Positions 12,021 through 23,400 of a DNA stretch of 64,000 bases are shown piece by piece. Location: assembly GCA_024704765.1 (NCBI GenBank), contig JAKMXF010000310.1, forward strand, positions 869,999-933,998, written 5' to 3'. Source of the stretch: Oopsacas minuta (taxonomy: Eukaryota > Animalia > Porifera). The notes beneath the pieces were generated by a model. The model was not told where the DNA came from. It searched no databases and saw only the letters and a program-made list of their open reading frames with translations. The first letter of the stretch is position 1. Each line of letters starts with the position of its first letter. A program made the translations under genes and the position numbers.

Positions 12021-13226
12021 ATGAGAAACCAGCTGTTCATATATTTAATCTTGACTAGCTTGTTTATTACTACGATTTCTATAAGAATATTAGTCAAGCC
12101 CGAAATATTTAAAAGGGATTGGCCGTTTAATGGTGATCTAAATTTTTCAAAAGATTGGTCAGATGAGTGTGATGTACCGTGTGTATGGACTGGGAGAGCT
12201 GATAACATAGATGGAGTTTTCTACATTATTAGACATAATATAGATGCACAGTGGGCTTTTGATGATGCAAAGTTAGCCGCGATTACAATAGGGGGTGCTA
12301 CAGAAGCAGCGCATTATCATTCTCTACTAACGAATGAGAATTTTTGGAAATATTTCACTGCTAGTGCACTTCTTGCCACAGGTTCTGACATTCCATGGAT
12401 AATAAAGGTTTCCAGCTATGAGGAAATCCAAAAGGTACAACCAATTACAGATCCTATTAGGAAAGGAGTAATAGGAATGTTCAATTGTATGTCCTTTAAT
12501 AATCGAGAAAAGATTTTGAAAGAAATGATGGAAATATTCCCAATTGCAAGTATAGGACTTTGTGTCAGAACCGAACCATGGCCAATGTGTGGCTCTAAGG
12601 AATGTGATAAAGAACATGTACTGAGAAAATACATGTTTTGTTTTGCCTTTGAAAATGGTGATACTCCAGGTTTCGTGAGTGAGAAAATACACCAATGTTT
12701 TCGAGCTGGTTCACTTCCCGTGTGGTACGGCACGAAAGATGTTGCTTGGTTGCTACCGAAAGGATCCTATATAGACATGGGAGATTTTGAGTCTCATATA
12801 CAATTGGCTCATTACTTGGTACATGTAATGAATAATGTTACTCTGTACAACAGCTATTTCGAATGGAAGAAACATCCACTTGATCCAGCTTATGTAGAAA
12901 GAAATGCTCCATTCTGGAACTATAAGATTCAATGCAGAGTTTGTCGGTATGTTTCGGTGATACAAAGAGGCTTAACATGGAACAAGACGACACAAAATGC
13001 TGAAATAGAATCCTCCAGACCCTTCTACCCTGAAATAGACATTAAGATACAATATTCAAGTGATATATTGGTTAAGAATTTCGAAGAAGATCGAATAAAC
13101 TATGTATTTAGATCTTATGCTGATATGTTAGTATTCTCGTCTCTTTTTGTAGTAATCTTTCTCGTTCTACATATTTCCGGCTACACGAAAGGAATCTTGA
13201 AATTTTTGAAATACCGGCGTTATTAA
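12021..13226 (+). CDS. GT10 alpha-1,3-fucosyltransferase family protein
   Basis: KYMFCFAFENGDTPGFVSEKIHQCFRAGSLPVWYG alpha-1,3-FucT motif; N-terminal hydrophobic segment. Confidence 0.9.
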   Translation: MRNQLFIYLILTSLFITTISIRILVKPEIFKRDWPFNGDLNFSKDWSDECDVPCVWTGRADNIDGVFYIIRHNIDAQWAFDDAKLAAITIGGATEAAHYHSLLTNENFWKYFTASALLATGSDIPWIIKVSSYEEIQKVQPITDPIRKGVIGMFNCMSFNNREKILKEMMEIFPIASIGLCVRTEPWPMCGSKECDKEHVLRKYMFCFAFENGDTPGFVSEKIHQCFRAGSLPVWYGTKDVAWLLPKGSYIDMGDFESHIQLAHYLVHVMNNVTLYNSYFEWKKHPLDPAYVERNAPFWNYKIQCRVCRYVSVIQRGLTWNKTTQNAEIESSRPFYPEIDIKIQYSSDILVKNFEEDRINYVFRSYADMLVFSSLFVVIFLVLHISGYTKGILKFLKYRRY

Positions 13227-15466
13227 TATCACATAATTGAGTGCGTGTATGTATGCAAATTAATAACACATATCTGTATTTACCAATGTAATGAATTTAA
13301 GTTTCTCAAATTAGAGTGCTGCCATTCTTCTTTCTACTATTAAGGGGCGCCAAAGCTGTCGCTTTGTTACACATACATAATGTTATTGTCTCTTTTTGTA
13401 AGAAATTTGTCAATATTTGCAACATATATAGGCCATGAGCCAGAAGGGTTGGTTGCAGAGCCGGATCAGCTCTAAGCCAAATAAGCCATAGCTTAGGCCC
13501 ACCAATGGCGGGTTCGTAGGGGATAAGGGATGTATACCCCTCAGGATATTCATACACTATCTGTAATGTTCATGTTATTCAATCGTTACGTTATTGAACT
13601 CAATTTACAAACAATAAATTTTTTGGGCTCGCTCACATTTTACCCTTAAATGTATTGAATATCTGTGATAATTTAATATGGATTCAGTTAGTTTTATTGA
13701 ATATCTTAACAATAGCAGTAGGCTGTTAAAATCCTTATTAATTATCACAGTATTATTATGGAAAACGGACTTCCTATTGAAAAGCTTATTGAAACAACCT
13801 AACGATACATTTCTAACAAAGTTGAAGCAATGTGTTATAACACATTATATTAATTATACAGGTATATTTTATATGCACATTATGGTTGGATAGTGGCATC
13901 TATTTCCTTAAGCATATTCCGACCACTTTTGAGAATGGAATGTCACATTCCTGCGTTGTCAAGGGGAAAATTGTCCCAAACATGGTCATGTGACCCCTAT
14001 AATGAAAGGAAATTTCATACTGATTTAGCTGTTTAATAATTATTACTTAAATTAACCTGGAGTATTATCTGTCGCGTAGCCACCTGGCAAGCGAACCGCG
14101 CTAGTACAGATTAATAATAAGATAGCCTTTTAATGCACAGTATACTACTTAAATCGCAGTTAGGCGCCACGATATTGAAGTGGTCAGGTTGGATCTGCCA
14201 TTGCTCCGGGTCTCGGGGTGGTACATACATATATATCACATATTTTTCGGCCCCCAAGTATACGGGGGTCCTACGCCTTGGCGTATAGGCTAATCTGGCC
14301 CTGTATAGAATGATACTTACTGCTGTCCATTAATTATACAACAAGTGATATAAAATAAGGAAAAGGTTATGTTGATTTATCAACTATAGTCAGTATAAAT
14401 AACTACGAAAATATTGGGTATATAGTATAAATGACTACGAAATCTACAAGTGTCCACAAGTTTGCAACATCTATAGTTTGTTAATATAAATGACTACGAA
14501 ATTTATGCAAAAGGTGTTTGTTATGTTTAGTAGGCTATGCCAAAACCTAATACAATTCCTGAGGGAAAAATTATAGTGACACAAAAGTGGCACAGTGTCA
14601 GATCAAAATCGTAACCCTCAGTGCACACCGCACAGTAATTGCACATGTATCCTGAAAGTATCAGCCCTTAATCTATTATGGTTTTGGCAGTGCACCGTCT
14701 ACGGTTAAAGAAAAAATATTGGCTGTGATTTCAATACTGGCCCACTATACTATATACTATTGTCGGCACGATAAAATACAGAACCAGTAATTACAGAACA
14801 GGGCACTATACTATCATAGACCCCAACCTATCACTTTTCATATGCTGGTCATCTTACCGTTTCTACGGTTCTTTTGCAAAATATAAACAATTAAGTATAA
14901 TAGTTTCTATGAAAATATTACCCTAACATAACATTGAGTAGTAGATTAATACAATTTTCAGGAATAATTCTAATTTTAAAAATTTTGTAATGTCGCTACA
15001 AATGCTGGTCAATTGTGGCGTATGTAATATAGTGTAGTCGGCCCAGTAAAAATAGCAGTTAGGTCACCAATATTAGTCTCGGCCCGACCAACTTTGGCTA
15101 CCAAAACAGATCCGGGGAGAACAAATTTGGCATTACAGGCCTGGATGCTGGATCAATTTTTAAAGTTTTATTTATTTATGCAACTGCAAGTAACTAATTG
15201 GGTTGCTGGAAGGGTAAGTATCATCTTAGGTTGCTAGTTAGAAAAATCCAACTTAAAATATTCCTAAAAGAAATTTGAATTTACATATGATGATTTCAAA
15301 ATAATATTATTATAGAGACACAGCTCAAGAAATTCACAATGATTACCATAGCAACCATTGACGTCAATTGGTATTCAGTTACACAAGTATAATAATAGAG
15401 TATGTATGTATTAGCTAATTAGCTAATTAGTTATTGTATCATTCCAATCTTGATTCCATAAAACAA

Positions 15467-16345
15467 ATGGCAACAAATGAATCAAATAATACAAAGTATA
15501 CTCACAAGTCTACTGAGGCGAAAGAGTGGGAGATGGACTATGCTCTCAAGAAGCAGCCTGTCATAGCTATAGGGAAAATAGGGTGGACTACTAATGAGTT
15601 TAATGATGCCAGTGGTCTAGCTTTATCCGAATCTAATCAGTTAATATATATTGCAGATAAAGACAACGGTCGTATCCAAGTTGTTACGTATGAGGGAAAC
15701 TTTGTAACTAGTTTTGGACAAGGAAAACTCGTTCATCCATGGGGTATAGCAGTAACAGAAGATTACGTCTCTGTTACGGATTATCATCTTCATACTTTGA
15801 TCAAATTCAGTGATCTGAAGCTAAGGATGATTGGTACCAGAGGATCAGAAAAGGGAGAGTTAGCCTATCCGCGTGGACTCTGTTCAGATTACAATGGAGA
15901 TTTATATGTAGCTGATTGTGGCAATAATAGAGTTTGTATTTTCACAGAAAATCTTACATTCGTAAATTGTTTGGGTACTCAACAGTTATGCTACCCGAGA
16001 GATGTAAAAGTCATTCCAAATAGCATTGCAGTGCTAAACGGCGGTCCAATTTGTGTCAAATTCTACTCCAGAAGTGGACACCTGATATATTCGTGTTTAG
16101 ATCAGGATGGTATTGTTTTGGATCCATTGTTCTTCTGTTTGGATCCAATAGGGAATATTCTCATGAGTGATTTTTATTATGACAAGATCATGATACTCTC
16201 TCCTTCAGGGAAACTGATCCATAGCATAGGAAGGACAGGACATGGGAGAGGGGATTTTGTAGAACCATGTGGTATTTGTATTTCTCAATTAGGAATTATA
16301 TTTGTTATATCCCATAATGATAATTACTGTTTACAATTATTCTAG
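15467..16345 (+). CDS. Stand-alone NHL-repeat beta-propeller protein
   Basis: Repeats such as IYIADKDNGRIQV, PWGIAV, PRGLCSDYNGDLYVADCGNNRVCIF. Confidence 0.9.
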   Translation: MATNESNNTKYTHKSTEAKEWEMDYALKKQPVIAIGKIGWTTNEFNDASGLALSESNQLIYIADKDNGRIQVVTYEGNFVTSFGQGKLVHPWGIAVTEDYVSVTDYHLHTLIKFSDLKLRMIGTRGSEKGELAYPRGLCSDYNGDLYVADCGNNRVCIFTENLTFVNCLGTQQLCYPRDVKVIPNSIAVLNGGPICVKFYSRSGHLIYSCLDQDGIVLDPLFFCLDPIGNILMSDFYYDKIMILSPSGKLIHSIGRTGHGRGDFVEPCGICISQLGIIFVISHNDNYCLQLF

Positions 16346-16488
16346 TTTGGTTGTGATTGTTAACATACATGTGACATCCCTTTTACGGTGGAACCTGCAT
16401 CCGGAAGCGCTTGTTCCTTCTAGCGACTCCATCAGTTATATATAGATTTGATAAATAATTTTATATGTACTTTAGCTTCTGAAAGCAA

Positions 16489-18230
16489 TGAAACGAAAAG
16501 TTCCTCTTTGGATGAGTGGTTAAAGTATCCAATGTCCAAACCTTATGATGATGCTTATTACTCTTATGATGGAGAGCCTGAATTCAATGTGGAAACTGAT
16601 TTTGTTCTAACTTGAGTGGAGACAAAACTAAACTCAAGAGGTGGACGATGGAGGGCAAGGGAAATAATGATGATGAGGAGACAATAGAGATCAAGTGCAA
16701 GGAGAGGATATAGTTCAAGAAACCGCCACAAGGGAAACATCAGAGAAAGGAGGGACTACTCTACAGCCCCTGCTGAAGAATTTCCCTGGTATAATCTATT
16801 CTTTCCCAAATCCAAGAACAGGTGATGTTAGATAGGACACATTTGTTAACAATGTTGTATATTGTACTGTTTTGTGACAAGCAAGAAATTCCTCTACGTG
16901 GGAGTGACGAATCTAAATATTCTAAAATGAAGAAAAATATTTAGAACTAAATCAGCTGCTTCACCTGATGTGAAGAAGAGGCTCGATACTCTTCCTGCGA
17001 ATTCCAAAATGATCTCCTTGAGTCAGCAAACGAAGTGATCCTAGGCTCAATAATAGTAGAAATATGTGGGGAAGAATATGTAATGTTAGCAAATGAGGCC
17101 CAAAGTTTGAACAAGAAAGAAAATGTGGCAGTCGCTATGCGATATGAAAAGAACGGCGTAATTAAGGAAAGAGTTATTGGGTTTGTTGAGCCAAGAAGGT
17201 TTAGAGGCCACAGGAATTTCGAACTCGATTATCAGTCATGTGAACGAGCTACACTACCAGAAAGAGTGGTGTATAAGCAATATTTCGCGTCAAGTATACG
17301 AACGCAATACATGTGCTTAGTGCCTCACATTGTCTCAATTTGGTACTCAACACAGTCTGCGAGAACGTAACTGAAGTGAAAGACTTCGAACTTTTAAATG
17401 AGCTACCCACATTCATATTCATGTCAGGCAGCAGAGCGGCACAAGATTTTCCTCGATAACTAAAGAAGCTACGACAAGAGAAAGTAAAAGAACTGATTCA
17501 TCCCAGCCCAACAGAATGGCTTTCGAGGGACAGATGTGTTTATGCCTTACTGACGAGGTTCGATACTGTGTTGCAGACATTTGAGCTACTGCTCGGGGAA
17601 CCTAGTAGGGCTGGAAAACAGTGATGCAAGGACTACTGAGCCGAAGGGTGATCTTGAAGAGATGCTGAATGAAGATGAAACATTAGAGAATGTCTGTCTT
17701 CTTTTGAAGTTATCTGCCAGAAACAGCAAATCCAGAACCTCCACTGGAGGTCGTCACGTGCTACACGACTACCTGCGTTTCTGCAAGACACCGAGATCGG
17801 TGATATCTCATTTGGTAGGAGATTCCATATCGCTCAGAAGGAGGACTGGAAGGAAAAATACTTCGGCCTACATTGAAGTGTCAACACAGTGAACTGAAGA
17901 GAGGGTTTGACTCAAACTTTTTGACATCATGTCTTGTACATATTTCGTGACATCAGAAGCAGATTCAGTCTCCGATGACAGATTCTCACCAGAAGATACG
18001 TGTGAAACTTACTAAGTGTTTTGATTTAATGTGACAAGGACATATTTCCTACGGGTCACAGGCTACAGAAAATATTAGTAACAATGTGCAGTGTTGAAAA
18101 TTATTCGTCGCGTGGGCACATACAACAGGCACAACGATGCTAACATCAAGATTCCGTAACCTGTGCGTGCTCAGTTTTGAAAAGAGTTGATTTCGAGATC
18201 GACAAGATGAAAGTTATGGAGAAATTCAAG
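16489..18230 (+). pseudogene. Degenerate hAT (ZMYM1/THAP12-like) transposase remnant
   Basis: Fragments NEAQSL..KENVAVAMRY...IKERVIGFV and C-terminal TMLTSRFRNLCVLSFEK...IDKMKVMEKFK resembling the hATC region; many stops and shifts. Confidence 0.55.
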
Positions 18231-18649
18231 TGGAAGCCTCGAGGATTGTTGCTGTAGTATATGTATTGATTCTATTAACTAATTACTCAATTTATATTCT
18301 CAATAAACAATATTTCATATGTTGTTGTTTTATTTATGAATACAAATTATCTGTAAGGATAACTGATAAGAAATAGTTTAGTTTGGTAAGAAGTTTTATT
18401 AGATAAATTATAGCTAACAAGTATCAGGTTTTCTCATTTTTTAAAATTCCCTATGGGGGACCGCCGAACCCCCCCCTTAGTTCGAGGCAAATTTGGTGCT
18501 CCTCCCTCTATGCGTGCCTACCCAAAAAAGTCAAAAAGATTAATTCTGGGTCCCTAACCAAAAAAAACAAATTTTGTCCGAGTGGCAACCCTAATTCCAC
18601 CAATACTATAGCAGTAAACTATATACGTGTATACGTATACTGTTAGTAG

Positions 18650-19843
18650 ATGCCTTCTAAGAATAGAAAGAAATCGTGGGGACACATACCTGTCTCCAAA
18701 GAGGTGGGCGATTACTTCTCGAATATAAATTATGACATCAGATTCGGTGGTTCTATCACTTCTCGACCTGACAGCCAACTTTTCAATATTTCGAAAGCTC
18801 CTAATGACACTGTTCAATCTCCACTTCGTGCTAATAAGATCATGCGGTCATGGGCTAATCTGTATCCTGATCCTAACATCAAACCAATCAAGCAACCGAC
18901 TGTCAAGCAAAGAACTAAATCTCCAATCTCTGCTATCAGAAAGAAAGTTGTCAAACAAGACAGATCTCTGTTGAGAGAAAGGAAGAGAGCTCGTGCTAAG
19001 GAATGGGAGATGTTCTGTGAGCCTATCTGGGAAGATAAAACAACTGTAAACAAAACTCCTGATTCAGATTTCGTAGAGCTGATAGCTAAAGTTACGAAAC
19101 CTAAATTAAAGGTTCCGCAGAGTGTATTACATGGAAGGACAGAGAAGAGGAACCCTCTCCTCCCAGCTGTACTGCTGCCTCATCCAGGAGCTTCATACCG
19201 ACCTAAGGAGGATGAACACACTCAGTTGCTTCAGTCTGTCAGGACTGGGGAGGAGCGGAGGCAGAGAGCAGAACACAAGTTAAGGAGGAGTCTGAGAGGT
19301 ATGCGTTATATGAGCAAGAAAGATATCCGGAAAGAAGAGAGACAACAAATGAGAGAGGGACTATTCAAAGCGTCTGAGCGAAAGAGTGAGAGTGATGACA
19401 ATGCTACTCTAGTAACTACCAGTGACAATAAGCAGAAAGTTAAGAAGAAGAAGAGAAAGAGAAAGGGAGTAGCTATGGAGCGAAGAAGAGCACTACTTGA
19501 ACATGAGAAGAGAAAACTGGATATCAGACAATCTGAGGATATCAAGAACATCAAATCTCTAATCAAGCAGCTAGACATACATACTACTTTGAAGAAGAAG
19601 CGACACAGTCCTCTTACCAAGAGGCTAGGCAAATTAAGGTACCACGAACCCATCCGTGAATTCCAGTTAAGAAGTCAGATAGCTCCCGGTCTAGGGAGAC
19701 TAGTAGCAGAGGGTAATCTGCTGAGAGATCGTTACAAGAGTTTGCAGAAGAGAAATATTATAGAAGTGAGACAGAAGAAAATATTGAAGAGGAAGTACCA
19801 ACTCAAAGCTTATCAAAAGAATTCTTATAAAGAATTCACTTAG
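18650..19843 (+). CDS. NOP53: Ribosome biogenesis protein NOP53 (GLTSCR2/PICT1); intronless
   Basis: N-term KNRKKSW; C-term RLGKLRY...EGNLLRDRYKSLQKRNIIE matches the Nop53 signature. Confidence 0.88.
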   Translation: MPSKNRKKSWGHIPVSKEVGDYFSNINYDIRFGGSITSRPDSQLFNISKAPNDTVQSPLRANKIMRSWANLYPDPNIKPIKQPTVKQRTKSPISAIRKKVVKQDRSLLRERKRARAKEWEMFCEPIWEDKTTVNKTPDSDFVELIAKVTKPKLKVPQSVLHGRTEKRNPLLPAVLLPHPGASYRPKEDEHTQLLQSVRTGEERRQRAEHKLRRSLRGMRYMSKKDIRKEERQQMREGLFKASERKSESDDNATLVTTSDNKQKVKKKKRKRKGVAMERRRALLEHEKRKLDIRQSEDIKNIKSLIKQLDIHTTLKKKRHSPLTKRLGKLRYHEPIREFQLRSQIAPGLGRLVAEGNLLRDRYKSLQKRNIIEVRQKKILKRKYQLKAYQKNSYKEFT

Positions 19844-21282
19844 TCTCAACTTTTGTGTTTATCATTTTCACACTAGTTCATTGTTGTAGTTTTGTGTCAC
19901 ATGTCAAAAAAAAGCTGACATAGGCGCCAAGTTTGGGTACCTGGAGGGGAGCCGGGGGTTTGGACCCGTTTAGAGGCGGAGACTTTATTTACATGAAAAT
20001 TTACATAGAGGTATCAACCATTTCTTATGGTAACCCCCCCCCTTCCCCCCAAGGTGTTTTGATATTGTTTCCTAAATTGGCGCCCATGCATAAGCATTTC
20101 AATAATCAGGCATTGAAGAATTGCAGCTATTTATCTGGGCTTCCCAAATTTAAGGACTGGAACGATTGGAACGGACAGTGGCGGATTACCCAATAGGCAA
20201 AGTATGCACTGCCTATAGGCCCCCAAGCCTCTAGTCAATTGAAAATGATTTCTTTTGGCTCTCTTCCATAAGCAGTAAACTTATACCTATGGAAAAGTGC
20301 CAAGAAATGTCGCGGCAATAATTTCCGAAACTTTTATAATCTTGCACTGTTTGATGTTTTTCACTTGTAAAAGATTCTTGTGTAGATCAAATACGGATAT
20401 TTCTGTATTTTTCAGTATTTGCCTTGAAATTCATTATTAATCAATTAATCTCAACATCAATAATATAAACGATGGGTATTATTTTCGTATGCAAATATTC
20501 AACTCTTGCACTTTTCTCCGGGAATGCAACTAATTTGATTTGAATATCACTGAAATCGCCCAAAATTTTCGCAGATTTTAGGATTGTTTCTACCTAAAAT
20601 TATTTAATTTAAAATCTAATTTTTCAAAGAAACTTTTACAACTATTCTTGAATTGCCGCCTACCTGAAATTGATACGAATACAGATATTATTCTTGTAAC
20701 GCAACCAAATTCTGATTCTTAATTGGAACCGAATATCATTTTTCGGTTGAGAAAAATATTAAATTCAGTTACAGCCTAGGAATAGTAAATATGGCGTATA
20801 TCTTGACGAGGAGTTATTCTAAGGACCGTAGGGTCTTGATAGAAAATCCCAAGACCCTAGAGCCCTAGCATTATTTCTGGGACCCTGTTTGAAACTAATC
20901 AAAATCAAAATACACCAGACTGATATAATAAGTTTTTAAAACATACTAAATGCAGGGTCCTAGATATAATTTTCCTATCTTGACGGGTACATCTGAAATC
21001 AAAATTAGAGAGAGAATATTCTTGGCGGAATTTATTTAGTATTGTATAATGGATGCAAATATTACATATGATTACCATCGACGTGAAATGTCATAACAAA
21101 TGCTTGATAACTGTTATTCTATAGTATTCTGTGAATAAGGTCTAATGTGTGCCAAGCGACAAATTTGAAATCTCTTCAAGTTGTTCGTTCCATTCCGTGA
21201 ATTAGGGAAGTCTTATTTATGTCTTGTAGTATTACAAATACTGAGTATACTGAACTCATTTATCGATAACTTTAGCACTGTC

Positions 21283-22776
21283 ATGTCATCTGAACAAAGC
21301 ACAGAAGTATCTGTAGCAAGTGAGGGCAGTAAAACTGAAGAAATGCAAGTAGACAGAGATCAACCAGAAACTCCTGCTCCACTCGATAAGGACTCTATAA
21401 CTGTGGGAGATATCCGAGATCAGATCCGTCTGCTGGAAAGGTCTGTACAGCTCCAAGAGAACAGATTCATTTTCAGAGTCCTGCGAGCACTGAACTCAAC
21501 TCGTAAGAGAATCAACTGTGCGGTGTTACATAAGCTGATCTCCTCCACCTATCCGACCGACTCTCCTCTCCAGAAAGAGCTGCTCTCCTATCTCCCCGAG
21601 TTGATGAGCTCAGATATTAGTAATGCTCAGCAAGAGGTTGGTAAGAAGGCACCAGTCACCATTCTCCCTGAGGTTGATGCCTATCTGCACCTACTGGTAC
21701 TTTTGTTCCTGCTGGACACTAACACATCCGATCCTCACTCAAAGCCCTGTGCTGACTCCCTTTCCATGAAACTGGGGGCACACAACAGACGTAGTTTAGA
21801 CATGCTGGCCTCCAAATGCTACTTCTATCATGCACGTGTGTACGAGCTAGAAGGGAACCTACACAAACTGAGAGGGTTTCTTCACGGGAGACTGAGGACT
21901 TGTACACTTAGGAGAGACGAGTATGGACAAGCAGTACTTATGAATCTGCTACTACGTAACTACATTCATTACAACCTGTTTGATCAAGCCAGTAAGTTGG
22001 TGAGTAAGGCCAGCTTCCCTGAGCACGCTAGCAACAACGAGACAGCTCGTTACCTCTTCTACGTAGGGAGAATCAAAGCTACTCAGCTGGAGTATGCGGA
22101 AGCCCACCGCTGTCTGCTGCAGGCCATGCGGAAAGCTCCTCAGAACACAGCGATAGGCTTCAAGCAGACAGCCAGCAAGTTTGCCGTTGTAGTCCAGCTG
22201 TTGATTGGAGAGATCCCTGATAGGAATATATTCTACGACAAACATCTAGTCAGACCTCTAGCCCCTTACTTCCAGCTGGTGCAAAATGTCAGGACAGGAG
22301 ACCTCAACAAGTTCAGTCAGCTGTTAGAGGTCAGTAAGGGAAAGTTCTTAGAGGATCGTACCTACACACTGATCATGCGTCTGAGACATAACGTCATCAA
22401 GACAGGCATAAAGATGATATCCATGTCCTACTCCAGGATATCTCTGGAGGAGTTAGGCAGCAAGTTGGGGCTGGGTAGTGCTGAAAATGCAGAGTTTATC
22501 GTAGCTAAGGCTATCCGTGATAAAGTTATAGATGCTAGTATAGACCATGAGCAAGGCTTCATGCGCTCTAGAGAGGTGAGAGACATCTACATCACCTCTG
22601 AGCCTCAGACTGCATTCCATCAGCGGATCTGCTTCTGTCTGGAGGTTAGGAACGAAGCAGTAAAAGCTATGAGATTCCCTCCCAAAGCTTACAAACAGGG
22701 AGAGAAGGAAGCCAGAGATTTCTCTGATCATATAGATCTGGTGGAGCTAGTGGAAGATGATGATGATTTCTCTTAG
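21283..22776 (+). CDS. PSMD3: 26S proteasome lid subunit Rpn3; intronless
   Basis: LLNLLLRNY-like segment, ARYLFYVGRIKATQLEY, PCI domain RLRHNVIKTG, C-term FHQRICFCL...VKAMRFPP; first ATG at 21283. Confidence 0.97.
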   Translation: MSSEQSTEVSVASEGSKTEEMQVDRDQPETPAPLDKDSITVGDIRDQIRLLERSVQLQENRFIFRVLRALNSTRKRINCAVLHKLISSTYPTDSPLQKELLSYLPELMSSDISNAQQEVGKKAPVTILPEVDAYLHLLVLLFLLDTNTSDPHSKPCADSLSMKLGAHNRRSLDMLASKCYFYHARVYELEGNLHKLRGFLHGRLRTCTLRRDEYGQAVLMNLLLRNYIHYNLFDQASKLVSKASFPEHASNNETARYLFYVGRIKATQLEYAEAHRCLLQAMRKAPQNTAIGFKQTASKFAVVVQLLIGEIPDRNIFYDKHLVRPLAPYFQLVQNVRTGDLNKFSQLLEVSKGKFLEDRTYTLIMRLRHNVIKTGIKMISMSYSRISLEELGSKLGLGSAENAEFIVAKAIRDKVIDASIDHEQGFMRSREVRDIYITSEPQTAFHQRICFCLEVRNEAVKAMRFPPKAYKQGEKEARDFSDHIDLVELVEDDDDFS

Positions 22777-23400
22777 ATTTGTATTGTAGTAACACTGTCT
22801 ATATCATTTGGTAGATTTCTTGTATACTAATTGCTGTAGTTAGCGAAGTATGTGGTAATTTGATAATATAATTGCTACGTCATATATAATATTGGTAACT
22901 GCTTTGTGTCATAATAGCATGTAAGCTGAGCAAATGTGATTCAAACACTTCAAGGCAGTAGATTCATTTGCATGTTCGTTTTCAAAGAATATTTGTATTT
23001 TTAGTCCAGCTCTTATGTGCGACGTCCGTACGTCTGTCCGCGCGATCGTGCGAAATCTAGCAGTCCAATTAACATCCTGAGCTGCACTCCCAGTCTGTCG
23101 CCTGGACATATTTTAATTAAATTTCGTCCAATCTCTTTCTGAAAAATACAGACTCGTAGCATATATGAATAAAATGTTACACGGCAGAATGGTACTTGAT
23201 TAGCTGTAGCAGGTGCGTAGACACGGGATAGGGATTAGTAGGGAAGTTCAGTAGGTATGACACTCTTGGACAATTCGTAATATAATTACTAGAAATTTCA
23301 TAATCTGAACCTACTATACTTTAATTGGAGAGTGTCCCCTCATTGTATCTGTTCATATTATTTACTGACATACTCATTAATATTTTTGCTAGCTAGTAAA

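Noticed and set aside
11702-15137. Single element capturing the GT10 gene between inverted TGT/ACA repeats
   Set aside because: The ends are clearly diverged, there is no TSD (TATC vs GGCC), and the repeat family recurs elsewhere.
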